Source: Ophelia neglecta
Lineage: Eukaryota
NCBI GenBank assembly: GCA_965285935.1
Contig: OZ260664.1
Coordinates: 64,356,001-64,420,000, forward strand
Direction: 5' to 3'
Length of the DNA: 64,000 bases
How positions within the stretch are numbered: position 1 is the stretch's first letter; each line of letters starts with the position of its first letter. Position numbers and translations under genes: made by a program. This document shows positions 53,065 through 64,000 of the stretch, piece after piece. A model generated the notes under the pieces. That model worked only from the letters and a program-made list of their open reading frames with translations, made no database searches and was not told the DNA's origin.

Positions 53065-56000
53065 TGGGGCAGGAAAACTCATTGTCTCTCACTAAACAGC
53101 ACCAATAAACCACTGCAAAAACACTCAAATGTTTACAGGTACGGTGTTGTAGTGTATCTTTTTAAACTATAAATCTGAGCAGTTGTATTTGTAAGACTGC
53201 CGAAAACTCTAGCCCATTATCGCAATAACTAACTGTGCATCACATACTAAAGTCTCAAAACTAAGATCGGCCTATTGATACAACCCTTCAATACTGCCAA
53301 AAATAAATCAAAAATGACAAATTAGAAGGATAACCGGTGGGTATGTGCAATAGGTAAATACAAGTTTTATCAACAACCTTGCCATTCAGCCTTCAGAGGC
53401 TCTGAAGTGTTTTAGCTGATATGACACTAAGGCTGATGATGTGCCCTGTCACTAATGGTAAAACCCTCTGTGGTTTCCCCACAAAACTGAACAATTTAGC
53501 AAATCTGAACAATTTCAAAGTACTGTGTATATGTATACAGCACATATCTGCTGAGGCAGAAAATTCCCTGTGAGAGAGGGAGGACTGGCATATCAGGAAT
53601 CCTAAACACTGTGCTTAAACTGCTCTAAAACTCTAATAAAACCATTAAAACCTTGAAGAATTTCTTACTCCATCAGGGGTTCAGATTTAACATTCAGGAG
53701 GGAGTCGTTTTACATAAAACATTTGCCCTCGGAGCTTTGCTCAGTCAGGCACACACTGCAAGCTGGGTGTTTCCTATGATAAAATTTTACAATTTGACAT
53801 ATCTGAATACTATGTTTTCAGACACAAACATGTACACCTCATTTAACATGATACAGCTGCACAAAAGGCAAAGAAAGTCCAAATTCATGCTGATATGATC
53901 TTAATGAATAGGTTATATTAGATTTAACACATTCCAGTTCTCACATTGTCCCATGTATATATGTTTGACAAAAAGGGTAACGTTCCACCATACCACCAGC
54001 GATATCACCGGCCTTCGGTGTAAGTGGTTTCACTGATGGCGAGGTTCAACAGTACAGACTTCAAGAGGTGATGGCTAGGGGTGGTGTTAAGATTTACACC
54101 CAGACATACACGTCTGATTCAACAATTACCAATTATACAAAAAACATCAACAAATAAAAGCACATCAATTAAGTAAAAACTTCAAAGAGCAGACTCCAAT
54201 TATTCATATTTCTCACACTGTTTAAAGGCCATCAAACTATTATATATACATGTATATTTTGTCACAGACCTATTAGAGATCTTGCCATGATGTAAAGTGG
54301 TGACAAGCACCTTGAAAGCACCATTTCTGTGTTTATTAGCTATTTTCTAACAATTTGTCAAGAAAGAAGTTTTTGAATGAGCATATAATTTCTATGAGTG
54401 CTGTTGATCATGCCATAGAGTTTACAATGTGTTCATCGTACAAAACATGCGCCAACATGGGACTTAGCGGCTGGGTCAATTGATGCACTTAGACTGGCAT
54501 TTTCACACAATTGGTGGAGAATTATTGTGGCTGAATGACGGGACCGTCATCCCCTGATGCCAGCTATGACAAATGTGAGCCGTAGATTATTCACACTAAT
54601 AATACACCAGTTTACCAATATGCACAATTTTCACGCCTAAAATTCCAATTAAGAAATGGATGCAAACACAGGAAGTGAGTCACTTCCAAGGAATTGGACA
54701 AAAGCTATGAACAACAGGTTCAATTCTCATATTGTCCATATAAGATCATAGGCCTCAGTGATTTTGGCCAGAAAATTTACAGATTAGCTTTAGCTTAGCC
54801 AGATGCACCATTTGGCAACTTGGAATGTGCATGGAATGTGCTTAGGCTGCATATAAATGTGGCCGCAACACTTTTTTCAAATTGAATGGCATGGGCTGTG
54901 ACAATATTGAAGCTGGCACCTTGTTGCCTTGCACATACTAAAAATGCAGATTTTTCCCTGGTCGATTGCAAGGGGTTTCTCTCAATGATGGATTGTCCTC
55001 GATCATCTATTTCCTAATTTAAGCCACAACAAAAATTACTTAAAGTGTTCTAATGTGCCCCGAACATGGATAAAACCCGGCAACCCAAGAACATTTCCCA
55101 ATTAGAGCCTGGACATTCATCATCTGTCTGAGGCAGCCTTAATTTTCCCATTAATTTTCAGAGAGCCTGTCTTGACTGTATTTATTCACTATTTTCTGCT
55201 CGGAGCACATGAACAATGCTGTGAAGGGTTTAACTCAACACTGACATTGACCAAAATAATGGCGGTAAATTTGCATTTCCACAAAGCGCTCAGTGGAAAT
55301 CACGCAACGCCCACTCGTAATACTGTGCCATGAATCAACGAGAATGTAGGTCAGCTGATATTGCACCATATCAAACTTGTCATAATTCCATATTACTGTG
55401 CTAAAAATACATTAAATTCTATCCTAATTGTATAATATGACCAATTTTCACACACAATTTGGTGTTTGACTCGGGCAGTAACATGAGATTCAGAGACTAG
55501 TAGTTGACAAATGGTAGACAGATGAAGCCTCACAAAGAGCTTAAAACAGGTGCTTAATGGGCCTGGATTATCTCTCCTGTTGAAATGGCCATGTCCTTCT
55601 CACACCTCCTTCTATCATATCTGTTCATTTACAAGGTTTCAAGTCTCACCTGGACTATGAAAGCTGTGTAGTTCTATCTGATGTAATCTGTCAGAGTAAT
55701 GGAATGGATTGGGGCCGGCAGGTACCCAGATAGCCAGCATAGCTGGTTGAAATGGCGGACCGGGTGATCCTTCAGGGTCAAGACACCCGCTTTATCTGCC
55801 TCTGATGAGTTCCCCGGCATTGGGCACTGGGCACTGAAGAAAGGGCTCTGATGGATTATTACCCAAACATCCATCAAAAAAAAAAAAAAACTGATAAAAC
55901 ATAGTTAGGAGGGATAAAAACTGGAGATCTTTCCCCGGCAGGTTTTTCTTGCCACCTTCAGGCCTGACTTGGCGAGGACTGTGATGACAATTTAAGGCCC

Positions 56001-56819
56001 CACCTAAACTGTTCCACTTGCTGTCAGTTATGGCATGACAGCTTATAAAAAATGTTTAATGCTATCAAAATATTTACCATTAGATAAAACCTGTGTTAGA
56101 TACTATTTCATGATAACACAACTCACATAAACTATTGTTCCTGTTTTCATACCCAGCAGCATTATCTCAACTTCTTGTCAGTAGTAGCTAAACAATGACT
56201 ATAAGGTCAACTTTGTTTTTACTGTCGGTATTACTGATTTTCCTAAATAAAAGTGTCAAGCGGGATAGGAAAACAAGAATTGGATTATGAAGTTGCCTTA
56301 TTTTTAACCACCTGATCCTTCTTCTTTTTATACCTCACAAAGCTGATTATGTTGAATAAAAAGGATGAGAACTATAGAAATGACTCTGATGTTCTCTGTT
56401 TAGCTCTCTATTTGCCATGGGCAGATGCAAACAAAAATTATATTTCTATTTTTGAAATTTTTAATTTGCAGATGCATACTCATGGTCATAAAATAGTGTA
56501 GAATATAAAAGAATAGTGTATGTTCTTTACAGGGTTTCCTGGTTTAAGGATTCTAGCTAGGTCAACAGCTATATAAACGTGACCATTGTTGTTCAGCATA
56601 TTTTTTTAATATGTTGTTTTACAAGATTGCCCTTGTCAGTTTTATTGGAAATTGGAATTAAATCTAAATTAAAAATTGCCAATTTTATTCTTCCCTGCAC
56701 ATGATCCTAGAACCTGTACTTTTAACAGTTTTTTTTCTGGAGTTTTTAAACACTTCTAGGTACCAGTTAGGCAAGTTTTCTGCACCATGCTTTTTCTGTC
56801 TATAGGCTGCTCCTGACTG

Positions 56820-56894
56820 TAGGCCCTTCTGTTTTTAAGCCCTTCTGTTTTAAGCCCATCTTTTTAGGCCCTTCTGTTTTTAGGCCCTTCTGTT
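56820..56894. repeat. ~16-17-bp minisatellite (TAGGCCCTTCTGTTTT), ~5 copies
   Basis: direct inspection. Confidence 0.85.
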
Positions 56895-57231
56895 CATAGT
56901 CCACAAGTTAGTTAACATGTATGACCCTTCTGTTCCAAGGTCTCTTTGGTCCACAGTTCTCATAAAAAAAAGTCCAGACATAAGTTGGATGTCATGTTAA
57001 CATATAAACAAGTCTGTTTATAAATCAGAACCTTTACAGACATTAGAATTATCCAAATGGCTCATTCCCTGCCTGTCGCAGGAAACTGTTTTGCCACATT
57101 CTAAACCTGTGAAATGAGACTGGAATCAATTTTGTGTCCGAATGAATCGACTCCAGACAGATGTGTAGGCTTACACGTGGAAATGAGATGGTATCAACAA
57201 TTATTAAGTCGGGAGATGGGTGATTCTTATT

Positions 57232-57287
57232 TAATCATTCTCAGGTAAAGTATTGCATATAATCATCCTCAGGTAAAGTATTGCATA
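57232..57287. repeat. 28-bp tandem duplication
   Basis: taatcat(t/c)ctcaggtaaagtattgcata x2. Confidence 0.85.
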
Positions 57288-60200
57288 GAGTTAGGTTTAT
57301 CGAATGCATCGCTTGCAACACTGACAAAGCGATTAGAATACAATCAACATCTTTATGATGCATTCATTTTTTACTGTAGCATGCATGCACCAACAGCATA
57401 AAACATAGGCATCTACATGTATATGTATATGTACTGATAAAAGAAGTTTTAATTTTATGTTGCTCTAACATGCAAATTTAATAACTATATAAGTTGTTAC
57501 AGAGAGGTTGACAATGGCGTTTGGGATACTTGATATACAGGTAGAGTTTACAATGTAGTTTCCAGTTTGTACTTTCCTTGAACCTAGCAAATAGTTCTTA
57601 GTTCCATCTGCAATTACCAGCTTCAAGTGTCAAGTGATGCTTACCTGTAAGTAAACAAAGGATTTTTCATTAGGAATATAACCTATCTAATGTGAAAACA
57701 GACACATTATTTAATATGTGATACTGATTTATTAAGAAGTTTTAATAATTTATAAGCAAGTAGCATGCATGACATTGTAATGAATCCACAGCATCTTACA
57801 CTCATCTTCTAATGTTTCTCTATATCTGCTGGCAATATGCACAGTTTAACCTTTAGTTTAAACCTTGTTGGGGGGTATGTACATCCCCTATTCACCCCCC
57901 ACTCCTGTATCCTCCTCACCCTTAGTGGCAGTTCCCAGGGGCTATGGAGTTTAATTGGGTGGTTGGCAGTAATGACTCCCCAGGTAGCAGACCACAATGG
58001 TGCTCCACATGAATGCTAACCACCTCACTGAACTAACCAAGACAGCCTGCCACAATTCTTCTATATGTATATTGGTCATCAACAAGCCATGGGACACTCA
58101 TGATTTCGGATTTCAATGTTTATGTTCAATGGTAGGAATGATTTTATATTTGGAACAAAGTCAATAGAGCAAGAAAATTTCCAAAGAAGTGGAGACAGAC
58201 ATTAGGTCCTTCAAGATTGATACTAATAAGAGTCGGCTCCTGGGTGGCGAACCTGAGACCTGAGGGCAGATATGTTCCTCTATAGGCAGGGGTGTATTGT
58301 TAGAGTACAATAGAAGGGGCAGAAAACGACCCACTGTCTCCCCACCCCTGGGAGGAGATGGCACAATTCTAGTATACAACAAATCAACATGTCAATCTGA
58401 GGATGGCATCACAAAGGGACATGTCATGAAGCTGAAACTCCCATATTTCACAAAATGGATTACTATATTTGGTGGTATCAAAACTTACCCGGAGCACCTC
58501 AAGTCAATTGTATGCAAATTTATTTCCAATTATACAGCACCTTGGCGCTAGTTCAAATTATGCTATACAATTAGCCTAATGACATCTCCTGGACTGATTG
58601 TAGTCAGGGGAGCATTTAAATATTGATCTGAGCTCATCCATACAGTTACTGATTGATCTCACCCAGTGGGACATCTCTACAGGGACTGGTAACACAGGTA
58701 GAACAATCAATGAGAGATAACCTAAATCTGGCCACTAACAACCACTCCACATCAGGGCTACACCAACAACAGATCCTAGCAAACTGAATGCACAAGGCAT
58801 TTACTCAGATTCCCTTTCCCCAAACTGATACAACAAATATTTTTTCATAACAAAAAATTCTTTTTGTTGACCCCACTTGGCTCTAACTAGTTAGTTATGA
58901 CTGAACAGCAGGATGCTCTTGTTGATTGAAATGACAGGCCATACTAAATAATACAATGTTTTGACACTTTTGGCCATCGGTAGGCCTTGGTAAACTACAA
59001 GTATACATATTTGATATTGATGGGCACAAATGGCCTCACATGACTAACACGTTCAGCATGCTCACGGCTCGGCACATTGAGTCACCCCGCTCTAGTGGGA
59101 CTATGAATTCTGCCTCCAACTAGGTGTGATACATAAAGCCTATATATGGCCTATCTTTCCTCATTTGGTGAGAGTGGTATGATGCATGTTTCACTATTCC
59201 ATGACTGTAATCTGCTGGGATATGGCACACTATAATAATTAGGCCAGCCTGCACCTCTCTGCTTAAAATGGTTTCATGGACAGGTAGTTACAAGCATGGA
59301 TTATTTACAAGGGATATTTTTAAAAGTGCCTCTTACTAAAAAATGAAAAAAAATATTTTCTAAGAATTTTTATCTTCGATGTTGGCATGAATTTTAAACA
59401 CAAAACCATAAGAAAATTTGACCACCAATTGTTTGAACACAAAGGACATATAGTCATTTATATACAGAACTATACTTTCTGCTTCAAACATTTAATAACA
59501 ATGTCTCATAAGGTATCTTTCATGTTAACCAATATTGTTTTATAAATACCAAAGGAAAGTATGAAGTATGTAATAATCTAATATAGCAGTGTCCTCGAAA
59601 GGTGAATAGATATTTAAGTAAAGTCAAATCAAAGCTCTTAACACAATAAGGTATCTCAGTTGGATAGGTTGTATGAATAATTCTGTTTGTTGAATGTGGA
59701 ATTTTGATTCAATGTATGAGTGAATTACATAATAAATAGTGCCTTAAAAGAATTTGAGAAATTGATTATTTTTTCCTGCTACACTAATTTTGTCCCTGTT
59801 GTACAAAATTAGGTGCATATCTTGGGAAAAAACTGGTCCTTAGACCTTTAACTGAAAGGAGCAGACTAGAGGAAATGCCATCAAGGACCATATTCCAGGG
59901 CCAGTCGTCTATGTACTAAAGACCTCTAACAAGCACCTTAAGCCAGCTATGTCTTGTGCCCCCTGTCATCATGCTGTCACTATCATGTGGCAATGTGTTC
60001 TCCCAGCATCTATATATATATATTATATATTTTTTCATTTATTGGATTTTAAACGGACAGGGCCACCCCATAACCTGGCAGGGGGTAACCACGCAGCAGG
60101 GTGATGAGGGTCATGTGAAAGGTTATACTCAACCTAACATCAAGAGGCGAAAAGCAATGGTGTGGGGCGCTGAAAGGTACACAAGTGCTACATCACATTA

Positions 60201-61636
60201 GCCAAGCCGTCTGCTAATTTATGTTACCACAGCAACTGATTTGCCCTTTCTCACAGACATTTTGTACTAAGTTACTAGGTGGTAACAACATGATGACATC
60301 TCATACGCTGACAAATGAAAACAGTGTGCAACCAAATCTCTCACTACCACCTGAGCCTGTATGACCAATACTCTCAGAGGGCGTCTTGCAGAAAGACACA
60401 AGTAATTCAATGCAAATAGTACCAATTCTTCTCAAGTCTGCTATGTCTCCAAGATATATTCCTCCATGGGCCTTATCAAGGCTGGCAAGAACTGTTACAC
60501 AATGTCACAGGAGGGGTGTGACAACCAATGACAATTAGCCTGGGGTATGTTATTGAGACTCCCCTTTGTTTACAGATTCTGCCTATACCTTTCACTATAA
60601 TTGTGCCTGAGGCATGTTAAGCTAAAATATTTACCTAATTTAACAAAGTTCCTTGGCCTAATCTACATCAAGATTTATCAGCTGATAGCATAGTGTAGGT
60701 TTGCAAATGTTTGAAATAAGAAATCAAATATACTAAATGTCTTTTTTGGTGGAGATTAATGCTAGCAACCAAGGAAACTGACAACTCCTCCGCAAAATGG
60801 CCGCTGGGCAATTCCTATAGATGTATAGACCCGAGGCCCCAAAGACACATAGACACCAGAAAATTAGGCTTGGAGGTTGTCTAATTCTGACCCTGATTGC
60901 CAACATTGACAGACAAGTGACAGGTTTACTCCTAAGGTCTCCCATCAAAACACTGATCCCCGCCCTAGAGAGCCGGGCCAGATATGTGTCTTGCCTTGTT
61001 TATATCCATTACCAGTCATAAGTGCTCTAATAGGCCATCCCAGCCCTCCTCCCAGATGTAGGCTCCAGATCCCCATCAGTCAAACAAACATGGCACGGAA
61101 TTTAGTAGGAAAACAAGAAAATGTTATGTTTGGCATCACAGAGATAGCTTTATAACAACTCCCATTAAATGCCATGTATTTTTGAAGCAGTGCCTTGCTG
61201 CACAATCTGTGAATTAACTACCAGTTAAAAGTAGGAAATATGAGAACATTTAAAAACAAGCAATTTCAATTTAAAGCATTTTTTTACAAAAACAAAAGCA
61301 ACTCTATACATAGGTTATGCCACAACATCAAAAGTTGCATTAATGGTGCGACATAAAAACACCCCAGCTTGTGAACTACATCTGGTGTCTGTACTACCTT
61401 GTACAATAACATTTCATCTATTTGAAACAACTGTTATTCTTGTCTGACACTTACTGGCTCACAGAGAAAGTAGCCAGACTCTGCCCAAGGACAGTTTAGA
61501 AGAGCTGTGTACTTAACAGCATTGTTAACATTGAAAAGAGTCAGGGTTTTTACCATCAGGATAAAGATGAAGCCATACATTTGATTCTCTGTTACAAGCA
61601 GCTCAGCAGATGCTGGCTGTCTTTTTATGACTGCTC

Positions 61637-61917
61637 TAGAACCAGTCTCAGTGGTGCTGCCCACAGTGAATGTCACAGACAGATGTGGCTTACCAGTTGA
61701 CAAGAAACCACATGCACATCATAATTCAACTCTGCGCTCCCTCTCCATGTACCCTCCTCTCTTTGTAATGCCCTCTTTGGCCAAAAAAGGTAACCCACAG
61801 AGAGGGGGTCCACTTCAAGTGGCTCAGAGTCTGCAGATCAGCTGCCACCTCATCTATCACATGGGAAGTGATTAAGTGAAAACAGTCAAGTGGGCAGCAC
61901 CACTGGCGAGGGTTCTA
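61637..61917. mobile_element. Palindromic foldback/MITE-like element, copy 3
   Basis: tagaaccagtctcagtggtgctgcccac ... ccctctttggccaaaaaagg (centre) ... gtgggcagcaccactggcgagggttcta; TA at both ends. Confidence 0.72.
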
Positions 61918-64000
61918 TAACTCCTGTAACTAGAAAGACACACTACATGGAGGCAGGCAAATAACAACTCTAAACACAATTTCAAGAATCTTGATGAGTT
62001 GGGGGAAAAAGTCAGCTTTCCCATTTGAGCCACAGATGAAATTTGTTGTCCTAGCTGTTAAGATTTACTAAACAACCTAGCTATCAAGACTTCACTGAGG
62101 ATGACTTAATGACCCCCCCCCCCTCAAATTTGAATGGTTATTGTAGATGCAATGAATATAATTAACTAATCAGAGATATGAAGTTAACATTCCCCATAAA
62201 GGGCAACAGCAGACTTGTATTGGATATGACTGTGGTAACGAGGGGCCAGCATGAGGCGTGTACTCATTAGTACAGAAGTGACCTCTATCTGACCAATGGC
62301 ATGAGACATGGCCATCACCCTTCCACAGGTGACCTTCCACCCCCAGTAACAACCTTAGTACTGTGGATTGCAAGAAAAATGTGCCCAGAGGTGTAATCTT
62401 CACTGGAGTGGGAGAGACCCTACGTGTGGCTTTCATTTGTATAATGGAACAATTCTGACACAGGGAGGGCCATTTCTAAGATAAATGTACAGCTTTTTGA
62501 TGGCAATGGCCTCCTTAGACTTAGTGACATAAGCTGACAGTGTGTACCACTGCCTTCAAACTCCAACCTGAAGATAACAGGTGTTGTTACTTATACTGGC
62601 TAGATGTGGGATATCTTTGCTTTATGAGTCTGGTTCTCACATAAAGGAAGATCCAAAACACATCTGTTAGGCATTCCAAACCAATGTCATCACCAAAAGC
62701 TCAGGGTTTTTGTGCAAACCAATACTGTAGGTTCAACAAATATACACCAGTGATGTCACAATGAGAGGATGTACTTGTCTCTTGTTTATTTCAAGATGAC
62801 AAATTGCACAGTTGGGGAGGTGATCTATCACACTTAACTAGTAGATGAAGCAAAGACAAAAAATCTAGTTCACAGTACTACATAATCCTAGTGATTGTGG
62901 ACATCTAACAACCTTCCTGTACACTGATTTTACCTTCAAGGAAGGTAAGAACTGGCCCTGTCATCTACCATCACCATAACAGTCGACAATGACACTGGCC
63001 CCACACAAAGGTCACTGGCCTAACATGATGGATGACCATCTTCCTGTGAAGACCAGGCCACTGTTTGCCTTCATCTCTCATGATTTATGATCACATTAAA
63101 AATGGACCCTTTATAACAGCAAAGAAATATTATTACAAAATTCAAATAATTTCAAAGCCCTCCCTGATCTATTAACCTATTAAACTGGTCAAAGAGCCAG
63201 TTTGTCAGGCCAATAGCAGACAGATCTGATGTGTTTGGTTTTCAGGCATTAATTAATGGCATTAATGAGCAGGATGTTTATAAACGCTGATGATCCATCA
63301 CAGTTTCCTTCAAGTCAGAACTTGGTAACTGTGAGCATGATTTGTTTGAATTTCACTTAATGCCCAAGGTAAACAAACATTCTTTGACTCTCTGTTCTCA
63401 AAATTGATAAATCCTAAGTGCTATGTTTGCCAGAGCCTCCCTATCTAAAACTCATGTGGCCACACAATCTCTGGTAAATAATGTTGACCAAAGAACCGTT
63501 ACTGTTTTCAGTAGCCTAGAATAATTATACCAAACTTTCAATTCTGCCCTGCTGGCACCTGATCAGTTTGTGGGACATGGAGAAAGAGCTGGTTGGATTC
63601 TGTTAACACAGACTCTCTGAAACTGGGCCATGATGATATCGTACTTCACCAGCCTCCCAAGTGAACCACACCACGCCAGGCTGAAAGCTACAGACATAGT
63701 ATAGGTGATAAAGTGAGTGGCTATAATTGATCTTCTCATCTGAAGGAAACTGACCACCACACATGGGGCCAGGTAACGGCCTGGTACCAGTAACTAGTAG
63801 ATTAAGGGATCTCCCATTAATCCAGTCTCCATGCTACAAGAAGACAGCCACCATAAAGTAGTGTACTCTGATCAAGGAACATGACTGTACAAATATAGAA
63901 TACATGTGAGATGAAGAATAGTTCATGACAAGTATTTATTTTAACCCACTTGAGTGTTTTCTGAGTGCTAAGAAATAAAGAACAACTACTGCCCTGCTTT

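Noticed and set aside
11716-63760. Many 60-115 aa intronic ORFs
   Set aside because: No recognisable domains (including transposase or reverse transcriptase), many non-ATG starts; consistent with random ORFs.

Overview
AT-rich metazoan genomic DNA, probably from an invertebrate bilaterian (possibly a mollusc or other lophotrochozoan; this is an inference). The window is dominated by one large minus-strand, intron-rich gene for a Roundabout (Robo) axon-guidance receptor. I reconstructed 21 phase-consistent GT-AG coding exons between 28196 and ~195, about 1455 codons, encoding Ig1-5, FN3 x3, a TM helix and a cytoplasmic tail with CC1 (TPYATT), CC2 (LPPPPEHPPP) and the conserved SSDGSFF.EADFA motif. 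No signal-peptide exon was found, so 28197-64000 is probably part of a first intron longer than 35 kb; a 16.5-kb intron separates Ig1 from Ig2. The most interesting signal is an apparent alternative-splicing switchboard just after the TM exon. It consists of a 31-nt microexon, two phase-matched candidate exons only 45 nt apart (likely mutually exclusive), a possible truncating acceptor, an upstream YCAY cluster and a Cys-rich symmetric cassette exon. The introns also carry three copies of a fully palindromic ~210-280 bp foldback/MITE element, several minisatellites and candidate recursive splice sites. No prokaryotic features, RNA genes or CRISPR arrays are supported.
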